IMG/VR virus record: IMGVR_UViG_3300037484_000997
Span: 1 to 32,265 of that record
Strand: one strand, 5' to 3'
DNA length: 32,265 nucleotides
DNA from: a virus
Lineage: Duplodnaviria > Caudoviricetes
This document shows, piece by piece, positions 1 through 8,891 of this stretch (position 1 is the first letter of the stretch; each line of letters opens with the position of its first letter). The notes under the pieces are model-generated. The model did not search any database. It saw only the letters and a program-made list of their open reading frames with translations, and was not told the origin of the DNA. The position numbers and the translations under genes are program-made.

Positions 1-137
1 GCGGGCGCGGATCATGTCGGCCAGGCCGGTGGGCAAGCCAGCGGCGGACAGGCGGACATTCAAAAGCTGATTGCACTGCTCGGCCAAGAGCGCGTCAGCT
101 TCGCGCAATGCCTGATTGACGGCGGTCGACACGTCGG
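1..137. repeat. Terminal direct repeat (left copy); contig circularity overlap
   Basis: 1-137 matches 32129-32265: first 126 nt identical, then mismatches at 127 and 130, both synonymous in the head ORF. Confidence 0.95.
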
Positions 138-786
138 TGGACTGAATGCCCATCGGCGCATGGTCGTGTTGCGGCGCGGGCGGCGTGGGCGAGCAAGTGT
201 GTTGCGTGCCCTCGTCGTACTCGACGTTGCATTTGGTGCACTTGATCTTCATGGTAGGTCCTTCCTGTTGTAGGAGAATATTTCTCACCTGGCCCCCGGC
301 GGCGGGGTGGACTACAACGTCAGTTGTAGCGATCTGGTCAATGCTCGTGACGATGCGCTCTTGTCCCTTTTCCTCCCAAGTGAGGTACGTGTCCGCAGAC
401 ATGCCCACCTTGGGGGCAGGTTGTCCCTGCATCTTCATTTGCACGACGAGATCAAGTAACTCTATGGCCGGTTGGGCCTGGCTGAGATTCAAAATGTGTA
501 GCTCGCCGACGGCTCGATCCATCTCGAAGCGGGGCGCGCGAATTTGGCCGATGAGGTTGCGGGTCGAGGGTCGCCCGGCAAGCCACTCGACGTGGTCCAT
601 GAGTACGTCAACGTTCTGCCACTTGGCAATCGCGGCCTGAATGACGGCGGCGCCCAGCGTCCAGCCGTTCGCCTTTCCGGCGGTCATCAACTCGACATCG
701 TAAACACGGATGATGCCGGGCGGCAGTTCGCGCTTGCTGGCGACGGGTGACGGGTTGAGTTGTAGGGTGATGCGTTCCTGGGTCAT
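1..786 (-). CDS. N-terminal part (prohead protease plus scaffold-like linker) of a fused protease/major capsid gene that continues across the circular junction into 32128-30866 (about 682 aa in total)
   Basis: Manual translation from ATG at 786 is stop-free (MTQERITLQL...MDH...VGMSAD...DVVVHPAAGG...MKIKCTKC...) and in frame with the 30866..32236 ORF through the terminal overlap; DH, GxS and DxVxxPA are prohead-protease-type motifs. Confidence 0.8.
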   Translation of the reverse strand, partial: MTQERITLQLNPSPVASKRELPPGIIRVYDVELMTAGKANGWTLGAAVIQAAIAKWQNVDVLMDHVEWLAGRPSTRNLIGQIRAPRFEMDRAVGELHILNLSQAQPAIELLDLVVQMKMQGQPAPKVGMSADTYLTWEEKGQERIVTSIDQIATTDVVVHPAAGGQVRNILLQQEGPTMKIKCTKCNVEYDEGTQHTCSPTPPAPQHDHAPMGIQSTDVSTAVNQALREADALLAEQCNQLLNVRLSAAGLPTGLADMIRAR

Positions 787-1001
787 GGTTCACCTCTGAT
801 AGACTCGATGTCTACTTCGGGTATCTCTGCGCCCTCGGCCACGACGGGCATGTTGGGATGCCTGATCTTGACGCTGAACTGTTCGTGAAGGTGGTCGGCT
901 GGCGTTTGGTAGATGCCCGTGATTTGCGCGTCTTCTGGGAGTCCCAGCAGTTGCGCTAGCAGTTCGATTTTCACCTTGACGATTCCGGCGTGCTTGATCA
1001 C
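783..1001 (-). CDS. Hypothetical protein (72 aa)
   Basis: 4-nt overlaps with both neighbours in the head operon. Confidence 0.7.
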   Translation of the reverse strand: MIKHAGIVKVKIELLAQLLGLPEDAQITGIYQTPADHLHEQFSVKIRHPNMPVVAEGAEIPEVDIESIRGEP

Positions 1002-1204
1002 GGCGTGCCTCCCGGCTTGCTCATTGCCGCCGTTGTGAAGACGATAAAGTAGGCCATTGCCTTCTCAATCTCGGTGATGGTCACGGCGTAGACGCGGGCC
1101 TGCTCGCTGCGGTCGTTGGGTTTGCCAGCGCGTAGTGTTGCCAACGTCTGACGGATAGAGTCGAGCGCCTTGGTGTCGTTGCTCATTTGCTCGTCTGTGA
1201 TCAT
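998..1204 (-). CDS. Hypothetical protein (68 aa)
   Basis: GGAGG RBS; ATGA coupling to the portal stop. Confidence 0.7.
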   Translation of the reverse strand: MITDEQMSNDTKALDSIRQTLATLRAGKPNDRSEQARVYAVTITEIEKAMAYFIVFTTAAMSKPGGTP

Positions 1205-2628
1205 GGCTTGCCTCCTGTGGTATCGGGCGGTTCTTTGGGCGGTTCACGAACCGCCCCTACGGTGGGTTCTTTCTGCGCGCGTCTCTCCGCGCGGCTGACG
1301 ATCTCGGCGATTTCCTCTTGATCGAGGTCTTCGCCCGCGAAACGGTAGATCATTTGCACAAGGCGCTTGTCACGGTCGAGGCCGTTCTCGATCATCACGG
1401 CAAAGCCCTCGGCCAGTTCCTTCGCGGATTGGGCGAGTTGCGCATTGTCGGATTGGCTGATGTCGGACACCGAGACCGTTATCCCTGGGTCGCTGAATTT
1501 GCGGACGGCGCCCACTTCGACGGCTCGCGCATAGGCCCACTTGCACACGTGCTCGATGCGCCGCTTGACGAATCCCTGGCGGGTCGCGTAGTGCCGGTAA
1601 CTGGTGTCGTTCATGTTGTTACTGGTCGCTTCGCTTGAGCCCTCGCCTGGCTCTGAGAGCCAGTGGATGGGGACGTTGCCGCCGACGGCGATTTGCATCT
1701 TGAGCGCGTAGCCGTCGCTTTTCCCGTTATCCGCCTGAATCATGGGCTGCTTGACCTGGTGCGTCTCGGCGGATGAGTGCACGACCGCCGTCCCGTCGCC
1801 GGGCGGTTTGAGATATTTTTCTTTGGCGTCTTTGAGTGCGGCGTCTCCTTCGACGCTGATGTCATAGTAGAACTTGGTGAGCGCCGCGTTGCGCTTGACG
1901 CGGTCTTCGAGCCAGTCGCTATAATAGGCCAGCCACGGCAGGATCGGCGTCAAGTCGCCGTCGCCTCGGATGACTCCAATCGGCTTGTTCACGGCGTACT
2001 GCCACGCGCACGGCTGGCCAGGCTGGGCGAACAAGAGCGACGTCCACCACTTCAATTCGATGTTGTCGCTGACCCGCTGTCCGAAGGCGGTCAATTGCTC
2101 ATAGTCGCCCGGCTGCCAGTGCATATCCTCGATCTGGGTAGCGGCCAGGGCGCGGACAATCGTCATGCCGTCCGCCTCGCTCTGGAAAAAGGTCGGGAAT
2201 ATCTCACCGTCCATCGTCAGGGCGTCAATCCACTGCGGCCAACGCTCCTCCATGTTGTTCAGGTCGTGGCCCCAAAATCGGTCGAGCCACTTGCGCACGG
2301 TCGCGTTTTTGCTCGTCGGATGGATCCCCCTGCCCCACACGTGGTCACGGGTCAGGTTTGTGATGCGGCGGGCGAGCGGGTTGGTGCGCCAGGCTGACAG
2401 GGCGTTGCTCAAGTCCTCCATCCGGCGCACAAGCGGCTTGTCGCGGTCACTGCCCTGGTGGCTGTGCCAGTCGCCCGATGCCGCCATGCCGGTCACGGCG
2501 TCTTCTTTGAAAAAGTCGCGCAGCGTGCGGTCAATGAACTGCGCGGGCGTCTCATGCGCGCGCGCGGGCGGCAGGGGTGCGGTCAGGGCGCGCCAGGCGA
2601 GGGAAAGGCGGGAGATTGGGAGATTCAT
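1201..2628 (-). CDS. Phage portal protein
   Basis: About 475 aa between TerL and the head genes; NPLARRI, DGEIF and RGDGDL motifs are portal-like; ATG at 2628 is coupled to the upstream stop. Confidence 0.8.
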   Translation of the reverse strand: MNLPISRLSLAWRALTAPLPPARAHETPAQFIDRTLRDFFKEDAVTGMAASGDWHSHQGSDRDKPLVRRMEDLSNALSAWRTNPLARRITNLTRDHVWGRGIHPTSKNATVRKWLDRFWGHDLNNMEERWPQWIDALTMDGEIFPTFFQSEADGMTIVRALAATQIEDMHWQPGDYEQLTAFGQRVSDNIELKWWTSLLFAQPGQPCAWQYAVNKPIGVIRGDGDLTPILPWLAYYSDWLEDRVKRNAALTKFYYDISVEGDAALKDAKEKYLKPPGDGTAVVHSSAETHQVKQPMIQADNGKSDGYALKMQIAVGGNVPIHWLSEPGEGSSEATSNNMNDTSYRHYATRQGFVKRRIEHVCKWAYARAVEVGAVRKFSDPGITVSVSDISQSDNAQLAQSAKELAEGFAVMIENGLDRDKRLVQMIYRFAGEDLDQEEIAEIVSRAERRAQKEPTVGAVREPPKEPPDTTGGKP

Positions 2629-2741
2629 AATTTCCCCAAGAGCGCGAGTGTCACAAGCGAGTTGCAGCAAACCCACAGCGACAGGAACGAAACGATAATG
2701 ACGATCAGGGCGATCTTGTTGCGGCGGTCGAGGTGCTTCAT
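2625..2741 (-). CDS. Small single-TM membrane protein (38 aa; not in the ORF track)
   Basis: MKHLDRRNKIALIVIIVSFLSLWVCCNSLVTLALLGKL; ATGA overlaps at both ends. Confidence 0.6.
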   Translation of the reverse strand: MKHLDRRNKIALIVIIVSFLSLWVCCNSLVTLALLGKL

Positions 2742-2998
2742 GCGTCCCCCAAAATTGCGGCGATCACGTCGGCGCGGGTGATCTCGTGCTGCCCAAGCAT
2801 CTGGTTGACGGTCCGTAGTTCGCCTAGAACGTGCGTTCGCTCACCCTTGATGGCGCTGTCGAATCGCTTGGTAGCCCATTCGATGCACTGCTGGCGCTCT
2901 TCTTCATTGAGGTTCGTCTGCCACGCGGCGACTTCGCCAATGCTGGTGACAAGTGCCTCTGTGATGTCGGTGGTGATGCTGTGCGTGACGATTGCCAT
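2738..2998 (-). CDS. Hypothetical protein (86 aa)
   Basis: Tightly packed after TerL, with a GAGGGG RBS. Confidence 0.65.
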   Translation of the reverse strand: MAIVTHSITTDITEALVTSIGEVAAWQTNLNEEERQQCIEWATKRFDSAIKGERTHVLGELRTVNQMLGQHEITRADVIAAILGDA

Positions 2999-3001
2999 GG
3001 G

Positions 3002-4546
3002 CTAAAATTTCCCCTCTCGTCTCTTCGTGATAAACTCTTCCGGCTCCGTCTGCACCTGCGCCGGCGCGTATTCCTCCGGTCGCGGCTGCTTGTCCAGCAC
3101 GGCGACGAAGGCGGCCGCAATCAGGCTGTCGTCGTGCCCGCGCGCAATCAGCCCGTCGTAGGCGGGATTCTCCCAAACACCCCACGAAAGCCGGTGCGCC
3201 GGGCCGTCTTGCAATTTCTTTTCGCAGTGATCCACCTCGTACCAGAATTGGCGGTACTCGCAACTGTTGTCGTCGGCGTGGTCGCGAAAGCGCCCGGTGT
3301 TCACGATGCCCAAGAAATCCCAACCCAGGTCACTCTTTGTGGTGCCGGAAAACTCGAACGGGATGACTCGGTCGCCTGCCCCCGTGCTGTTTCGGGGGTT
3401 CCACTTGGCGGCCAGGAAAGAGCACAGGCCTGCGCCCACGCCGGTCGCATCTACCACGATCCACCGCGCGGCCCAATGCGCCACGATCCCGTTGATCTGC
3501 TCGTAGAGCGCCGTGTGGCGCGTGCCAAGAAAGAATCGCCGGTCGCACACCAGGTACGTCGGCTGCAAGACGCCGTGCCCCTGGGTGATGTCCACGACGG
3601 TCAACTGCGTCGCGTCGCGGCGCTTGTTGCCTAACTCGTCGCGGTCAAGGTCGGCCAGCGTCCCGGCCGCTTCCTCGTCCTCGCCAGCTACGTCAATGAG
3701 TATTCCGTACACATGGCCCGGCTCGGGCTGGCGCGTGCGCGGGTGCGTGCCGTGCATCAGCGCCTTGCTGGCCTCGCTGAACAGCCCCCCGGCGGCGTCG
3801 ATCTCTTCCAAGAAATACTGCGTCTTGATGAGCGGATGCTCACGCCCCAGCCGGTCAACCCGGTCGCGCACGTGTGCGGCGTAGGCGGGTACGCAGCGCG
3901 CTACCTCGTCACACGGGTACACGAACACCCTTCGCTTGCCGTCCTTGTTTTGCGCGCGCTCGCACGCCTGGCGCACCAGGTAGAGGAGCGTGTTGGTCGT
4001 CCAGGCCGTGCCCCACATGACGATTGTGGCGTTCGTGGATGCTCTCATGGGCTCAAAGTCTTTATCCCACTTGCCGGCCCGGATGTCTTGCGCCTCGTCG
4101 GCCTCGAGCAACAGGCTGGCGGTTGCGCCGACGACGGACGACTTGGGATCGGCTGAGAAGAACATGGCGCGCGCGTCGCCAAACTCGACAATGTAGCCGG
4201 AGCGTTTCTTGACTCGCCCGATGTGCCAGGGCGTCTTGAGCCGGTCGGTCAGGCGCTGGATCGAGTTCAGCGTTTGCGGCTTGAAGGTCGGGCTAGCCTT
4301 CACGATCTGCCCCCCGGCGAGCGAGTACAGCGTGAGCAAGTAGCTTTCTAAGATTGCGGAGAGTTCGTTCTTCCCCGCTTGGCGCGACATCTCCACGACG
4401 AACGTCAACCCCTGGCGCCCGATGACCGAAGCGGCGATCGCGGCGGCGGCCTCGGCCTGGTAGGGCCGCAGGGGGCGATTGAGGATGAGCTTTGAAAACA
4501 CGCCGATATCTTTGAGTGCTTGCGCGGTTGCGTCGCGTAGTTGCAT
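3002..4546 (-). CDS. terL: Terminase large subunit
   Basis: LRPYQ adenine-binding motif, Walker A SRQAGKN, Walker B LLEADEAQD, RNase-H-like IDVAG / VDATGVG / HDDSLIA. Confidence 0.92.
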   Translation of the reverse strand: MQLRDATAQALKDIGVFSKLILNRPLRPYQAEAAAAIAASVIGRQGLTFVVEMSRQAGKNELSAILESYLLTLYSLAGGQIVKASPTFKPQTLNSIQRLTDRLKTPWHIGRVKKRSGYIVEFGDARAMFFSADPKSSVVGATASLLLEADEAQDIRAGKWDKDFEPMRASTNATIVMWGTAWTTNTLLYLVRQACERAQNKDGKRRVFVYPCDEVARCVPAYAAHVRDRVDRLGREHPLIKTQYFLEEIDAAGGLFSEASKALMHGTHPRTRQPEPGHVYGILIDVAGEDEEAAGTLADLDRDELGNKRRDATQLTVVDITQGHGVLQPTYLVCDRRFFLGTRHTALYEQINGIVAHWAARWIVVDATGVGAGLCSFLAAKWNPRNSTGAGDRVIPFEFSGTTKSDLGWDFLGIVNTGRFRDHADDNSCEYRQFWYEVDHCEKKLQDGPAHRLSWGVWENPAYDGLIARGHDDSLIAAAFVAVLDKQPRPEEYAPAQVQTEPEEFITKRREGKF

Positions 4547-4563
4547 TCATGGGTCCCTGCCGC

Positions 4564-4911
4564 CTATGGGTTGCATCCGCCGGTTCGAGGTAGCACGTTG
4601 GGCAAAATAGTGGCGATGGCGGTCTGGGGCGGTTCACGAACCGCCCGTACGGGCATCGGTGTGCTGGATGGTGCTATCGTCACGGTGAGCGATGGCACCA
4701 TGATAGGCGTGCGCGTTGCGCGCAGCGTGGCGGTGAATGTCACGATGGGACCCACGACGATAAAAGGGCGCGTCGCGGTCGGCGTCCGCGTCGGTGCGCG
4801 GGGTGCTTCGGGCGCGGCGTTGCGTCGCTGGCAGGAGGCGACGGTGAGCAGGACATCAATCAGGATGAGGGCCAGAACGATCAGGGCGAGGGCGCGCGCG
4901 CGGGTGGTCAT
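4564..4911 (-). CDS. Membrane-anchored Pro/Thr-rich protein, possible lipoprotein
   Basis: N-terminal hydrophobic helix ending VASC, low-complexity P/T tail; contains an in-frame REP. Confidence 0.55.
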   Translation of the reverse strand: MTTRARALALIVLALILIDVLLTVASCQRRNAAPEAPRAPTRTPTATRPFIVVGPIVTFTATLRATRTPIMVPSLTVTIAPSSTPMPVRAVREPPQTAIATILPNVLPRTGGCNP

Positions 4912-5333
4912 TCGAGTTTGATCCCCATCTCTTCCATGGTGGCAAGCAACGCCTCGTTGAGTGCGTCGGCCAGTTTCTGCGTCTTGTCGCTGCCGATGCC
5001 GTTGGCGGTCTTGACCATGCGCGCCAGGCGTGAGGCGTTCTGCCCGTAGAGCGACATGGCGGCCAGGTAGTGGCCGTCTTCGGCTCCGGGACAGGCGGCG
5101 TTATCCTTCATCCAATCTACAAGGTCGAGTTGGCGGCGGTACAGATCGGCGATGAGCTCGGGCAGGCTGGGGAGTCTATCAGGTGGGGGGTTGCTGGTGA
5201 TGTCTTTCGGGGGGGCAGTTTCTACCCCCCCGCCAGAAGCTACCTTACCGTGGGCGGCATCGGCTCGGCGGCGTCGCTGGTTGGAGTAGGCGCCGTGTCG
5301 GCGGGCGTTTTGGTTGTTCTTGGGTGCTGGCAT
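4908..5333 (-). CDS. Terminase small subunit (probable)
   Basis: N-terminal APKNNQNARRHGAYS motif typical of one TerS group; position upstream of TerL. Confidence 0.7.
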   Translation of the reverse strand: MPAPKNNQNARRHGAYSNQRRRRADAAHGKVASGGGVETAPPKDITSNPPPDRLPSLPELIADLYRRQLDLVDWMKDNAACPGAEDGHYLAAMSLYGQNASRLARMVKTANGIGSDKTQKLADALNEALLATMEEMGIKLE

Positions 5334-5713
5334 GGGTCGGCTGGATGCGCCGCCCGGTACATCTGTTCTATTTTACTCGCTTTGGCTGGACTATGTCAAG
5401 ATGGGGCAGGCGCTTTTTTGGGGAAACAACGTAACGGTTGCGTAACAGATTGCAAGTCGCAGGGCGCAAGTCGCAGTTTGCAGCCTTGCAGCCTTGTTTG
5501 CCTTGCGGCAAGGCAAGGCGGGGGGTCCCCCGACCGCTCTTATGGCGGGTAGGGGAGTCGGGTAGTATGTCCGTGGACATGCTGACGTCTGCCCTCGCCG
5601 GTCGCGGCGATAGGATCTCGGGCGCGGGCGGCCGCTATCGCTGGAGCTGGCGGTGCTCGAGCGCGGGCCAATGCGTCGGCGAGGGCTGGGTGACTCGGAC
5701 GCGGCGGGGCGAC

Positions 5714-5929
5714 GGGGGGCGTGGGGGGTGTCCCCCCAACTTGTCGTAGAGGCCCAGGGACGCACAAACAGGATTGGGGGGCTACGGGGGGAACGTGGGC
5801 CGCCTCTCTCGAAGTCAATGGGCGTTGGCTGGCCTGGTTGCATCGGAGGAAATGACGATGCTGGAGCAAAGGGGCGGCCCTCCCCCCGTGTCGCCGTACT
5901 CGGCGACTTCGGCTCTTGCTCTGCTTCAC
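5714..5929. repeat. Structured G/C-run element, copy 1 (related to 11581-11750)
   Basis: Shared blocks GGGGGGCGTGGGGGG, TGTCCCCCCAACTTGT, GGCCCAGGGA, GGATTGGGGGGCT, GGCCTCCCCCCGTG and CTTCGGCTCTTGC. Confidence 0.8.
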
Positions 5930-6034
5930 CGGGCGTATCGTAAACGAGTGTGCTTGTTTGTCGGGCCTGGGTGCGGGGTGGTGATATCGCCTCGTCGGTT
6001 CTGGCGGTGGCCGCGATCGCGCGGCAAACGAAAA

Positions 6035-6089
6035 GCCGCCCGGCTGCGGATGCGCTGCGCGGGCGGCGGTGTGGGCGTGGGGGCGTGGG
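6035..6089 (-). repeat. Post-stop GC-rich hairpin repeat (second copy at 6382-6436); terminator or processing-site candidate
   Basis: GCCGCCCGGCTGCGGATGCGCTGCGYGGGCGGCGGTGTGGG...GGGCGTGGG lies directly 3' of the TAG of two adjacent genes. Confidence 0.75.
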
Positions 6090-6341
6090 CTAGAGGCCGG
6101 TGAATTTCGCTGGATCGTTCAGTTTCAATCCAGCGGCCCGCGCGAACCTGAGCATATATGCTGGAATGCTCTCAGCGGGCGCGTTCCACGTGTTGCCACG
6201 CTCCGCACCCTTTTTATTGATCCACTTCGCGGCGAACTTGACGTTCATCTTGCCGCGCCGTGCAGACGCATTCCCGCACGGATATGAGACAAATTCAGCA
6301 TATCGGAGCCTCCACCCATTTTTCAAGTCTTTGTCGAACAT
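6090..6341 (-). CDS. Small basic protein (83 aa), cassette gene 4
   Basis: AGGGAG RBS preceded by a conserved hairpin; TAG followed by the conserved repeat. Confidence 0.75.
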   Translation of the reverse strand: MFDKDLKNGWRLRYAEFVSYPCGNASARRGKMNVKFAAKWINKKGAERGNTWNAPAESIPAYMLRFARAAGLKLNDPAKFTGL

Positions 6342-6436
6342 CTCAATCTCCCTGGCCGATTCGGGTCGGCCTGCCTGATGAGCCGCCCGGCTGCGGATGC
6401 GCTGCGTGGGCGGCGGTGTGGGTGCGAGGGCGTGGG

Positions 6437-6640
6437 CTACTTCTTGGCGCGCACAGGCCTGCCGTTTTTGTAGGTTTGCAGGGACGTAACTTCATCGGGG
6501 GCTACGCCGACTACTTTCGCGGTCGTTCCTGCGGACAATCGCTTTGCCGCGACGCAGGCGCTGCCATATGATTGATATGGGATAGTTTTGCCTCCCACAT
6601 CAACCCTGTAGTGCTCATAGTTGGTCTTGAGATACTTCAT
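6437..6640 (-). CDS. Small basic protein (67 aa), cassette gene 3
   Basis: Same upstream hairpin/RBS and same downstream repeat. Confidence 0.75.
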   Translation of the reverse strand: MKYLKTNYEHYRVDVGGKTIPYQSYGSACVAAKRLSAGTTAKVVGVAPDEVTSLQTYKNGRPVRAKK

Positions 6641-6766
6641 TCTGCTTTCTCTCTGGCCGGTTGGTGTGGGTCGTCGGCCTGCCCGAATCTTTCACGGAGC
6701 CCCGGCCGGGTCAGCGGCCGGGGCGGATCGGAGAGCGGCGACGGGTCAGCGTCGCCGCGGGATCCA

Positions 6767-6985
6767 CTAGAGATTGAAGCCAGCGGCCTCCAGGATGGCG
6801 CGGGCCTTGGCTACATCGCGCTGCGCCATAGCGGCCTTGGCCTTTCGGTAGGCGTCCATCTCGGCTTGGCCGAGATTCTTGGCGCCTCCGCCTACGTTGC
6901 TGTCCCCGCCCTTGGGATCGTACAACGTGATCTTGATGCTGCCACCTTTGGGGGTGGTTCCCGTGATGGTTGGAAATTGAGACAT
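6767..6985 (-). CDS. Small protein (72 aa, MSQFPTITG...), cassette gene 2
   Basis: AGGGAGAAAGCAG-ATG start at 6985. Confidence 0.7.
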   Translation of the reverse strand: MSQFPTITGTTPKGGSIKITLYDPKGGDSNVGGGAKNLGQAEMDAYRKAKAAMAQRDVAKARAILEAAGFNL

Positions 6986-7082
6986 CTGCTTTCTCCCTTT
7001 TCGCTTTGGCCGAGTCTGCCGCTCAGCCCGACTTAATTCTAGCACATCCCCGCCGCACATTTGCACGGTGCGGGGGTGTGGG

Positions 7083-7217
7083 CTACTTGTCCTTGATTCC
7101 CGCTCGGAGTTTTTCTTGCTCCACGAATTTAGCAGCCTTTCTCTTTTCCTTTGGCGTGCGGACTACAGTTTCAGTCTTGCCAAAGATTCCCTTTCGTTTA
7201 TTCGTCTTGCGCTTCAT
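7083..7217 (-). CDS. Small Lys-rich protein (44 aa; not in the ORF track), cassette gene 1
   Basis: MKRKTNKRKGIFGKTETVVRTPKEKRKAAKFVEQEKLRAGIKDK*; same hairpin/RBS unit upstream. Confidence 0.7.
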   Translation of the reverse strand: MKRKTNKRKGIFGKTETVVRTPKEKRKAAKFVEQEKLRAGIKDK

Positions 7218-7266
7218 CTCTGTTTTCTCCCTGGCCGGTGGTGGCGGGTCGGCCTGCCCGATCCCT

Positions 7267-7333
7267 AGGACACCCTTAAGGGGTGTGTCGCATCTACTAC
7301 AAGTGTACCATGCGTTTTGGAAAATAATGTAAA
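7267..7333 (-). promoter_or_regulatory. Extended -10 promoter (TGGTACACT) plus downstream palindrome ACCCTTAAGGGGT
   Basis: TGnTACACT at 7310-7302 with AT-rich upstream DNA; the palindrome recurs at 11443-11455. Confidence 0.55.
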
Positions 7334-7342
7334 CAGGTTTGG

Positions 7343-8185
7343 CTACTGCGCGGGCTGCGGCCCGATCTTCTTCTCCAGCAGTGCCAACGCGGCGACAAAC
7401 CCGTCGCCGTTGGCGGCTTTGACCAACTCATTGATCTCCGGCGCTGTGATTTTGTGCGCCGACATCGCCTTGCTGGCGATCGCATAGAATGCGGTGCGGG
7501 CTGCGCCTGGCGTTGGCGCGGGCTTCTGCGCTTGCGCGCGCGGGTTCGGCCCGAAGTGCGCGTCGAGCTCGGACACTGGCGCGGCTGCTCGGCGCGCAAC
7601 TTCGATGGCGCAATTCCACTCATGCAGTCCGTCCTCTTTGGTGCATGTGCAGGCTGTTGGCGTGCGAGCTGGTATCGCCGCGGCTGACGGTGTGGACCGC
7701 ACCGACGTTTCCGGCGAGGGCTGCCGGCGCCCATCGCTGGTTGCGGTGGTGCTCCCTGGCGCGGGCTGGCTGGCTGCCACCGGCGCGGGGACTTTGAGCT
7801 TTTTTGCGCCGTTCGCGAGCTTGTCCACTGATCGATCGCGGAAGGCCAACAGGCGCGCGTATTTCACGTTGCCGTCCTTGACGTTGCCGCCGATGACGCA
7901 ATTGAACCAAATCGCGTCACTCTTCTCCCCGTCTTCGTCGTGCGCGGATCGGCGCACGTAGATTCGTCCCTGGTACTCCGCGCGGGTCGGCCCGTCCTTG
8001 TCGCTGGCCGTGACGGTCGCGCCGATGCTCTCCAAGATTTCGGCGGCCTTGGGCCAGTCGGACATCGGGCGGGTGAGGTTCGGCGCTGGCGCGATGACGC
8101 TGGCGATTGCCTCGGCTGCGGTTGCCATGCGGCTCGTCTCTTTCACGAGTGCGCCTAACAGGTCGAGTAAGGATTGATCGGTCAT
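7343..8185 (-). CDS. DdrB-like single-stranded DNA-binding/annealing protein (probable)
   Basis: SIGATVxxxDxDGPT...GRIYVRRS...AIWF...KYARLLAF pattern recalls DdrB-like phage SSBs; Pro/Ala linker and C-terminal helical domain; AGGAG RBS. Confidence 0.55.
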   Translation of the reverse strand: MTDQSLLDLLGALVKETSRMATAAEAIASVIAPAPNLTRPMSDWPKAAEILESIGATVTASDKDGPTRAEYQGRIYVRRSAHDEDGEKSDAIWFNCVIGGNVKDGNVKYARLLAFRDRSVDKLANGAKKLKVPAPVAASQPAPGSTTATSDGRRQPSPETSVRSTPSAAAIPARTPTACTCTKEDGLHEWNCAIEVARRAAAPVSELDAHFGPNPRAQAQKPAPTPGAARTAFYAIASKAMSAHKITAPEINELVKAANGDGFVAALALLEKKIGPQPAQ

Positions 8186-8427
8186 TTCGCTTTCTCCTGT
8201 TCCATGAGTCGGCGGACCTTGTCCGCCAGCGGGTTCGCCGCGTCTGTGACGCGGATCACGTAGGTGTAGGTGGCCGCGTCGCGCGCGATCACCTGGCCGA
8301 GATACCGCCAACCGCCAGGCCCGAACGCGCAGACCTCCACGCCCAAGATCGGCAGAGGATCACGGCCACTGCTGAGAGTGAGCGGGCTTGTGCTGTTGCC
8401 CTGGCGGTCGGTGACGGCGAGTCGCAT
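8182..8427 (-). CDS. Hypothetical protein (81 aa)
   Basis: Operon packing. Confidence 0.6.
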   Translation of the reverse strand: MRLAVTDRQGNSTSPLTLSSGRDPLPILGVEVCAFGPGGWRYLGQVIARDAATYTYVIRVTDAANPLADKVRRLMEQEKAK

Positions 8428-8428
8428 T

Positions 8429-8878
8429 CTAGCAGCCCTTGTCCATGATCGGCGACTTGTCAGTCGTCAACCCGTAGCAGCGCATCATCGCGGCCCACGT
8501 CGGGCGCTCGACATACGCCAGGTCTTGCATTGTCCGCCCCTGGCGGCGGCGGTCGCGCTGAATCTGCCCGGCGCTGCGCGTCGTCTGAATTTTACCCTCG
8601 ACCGCGTTCCAAAAGCAAGTGGCGGGCCGGATGTCGCCCAGCGCGGTTGGGGCGAGGTATTCGGGCTGATCGGATTCCTTCAGCCAGCACACAGCCACAT
8701 CGCGGCGCGGGCCGACAAGTGCGCCGGCCTGGCGGTAGCCGTGCGCTTCGAGCCAGGACACGGCCAACGTGGGCGAAGTGACGGGTTCGACCTGGTTGTC
8801 GTTGTAGCCGAATTTGTACCAGGTGTGGCCACTCTCGGCTGAAACGACGATGACGGCGCGGAGGTCTTTGGTTTTCAT
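8429..8878 (-). CDS. Hypothetical protein (about 149 aa, MKTKDLRA...)
   Basis: AGGGGG RBS before ATG 8878. Confidence 0.6.
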   Translation of the reverse strand: MKTKDLRAVIVVSAESGHTWYKFGYNDNQVEPVTSPTLAVSWLEAHGYRQAGALVGPRRDVAVCWLKESDQPEYLAPTALGDIRPATCFWNAVEGKIQTTRSAGQIQRDRRRQGRTMQDLAYVERPTWAAMMRCYGLTTDKSPIMDKGC

Positions 8879-8891
8879 GCTGCCCCCTACC

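Noticed and set aside
1318-4212. Plus-strand ORFs opposite portal and TerL (and similar ones genome-wide)
   Set aside because: Shadow ORFs typical of high-GC DNA; the minus-strand frames carry the recognisable motifs
5368-6103. ORFs in the TerS-upstream region
   Set aside because: Low-complexity R/P/G translations with no convincing RBS; they overlap the structured repeat
6035-7260. CRISPR array or integron
   Set aside because: Repeats are irregular and separated by whole genes; no cas genes, no clear attC GTTRRRY boxes and no integron-integrase signature recognised
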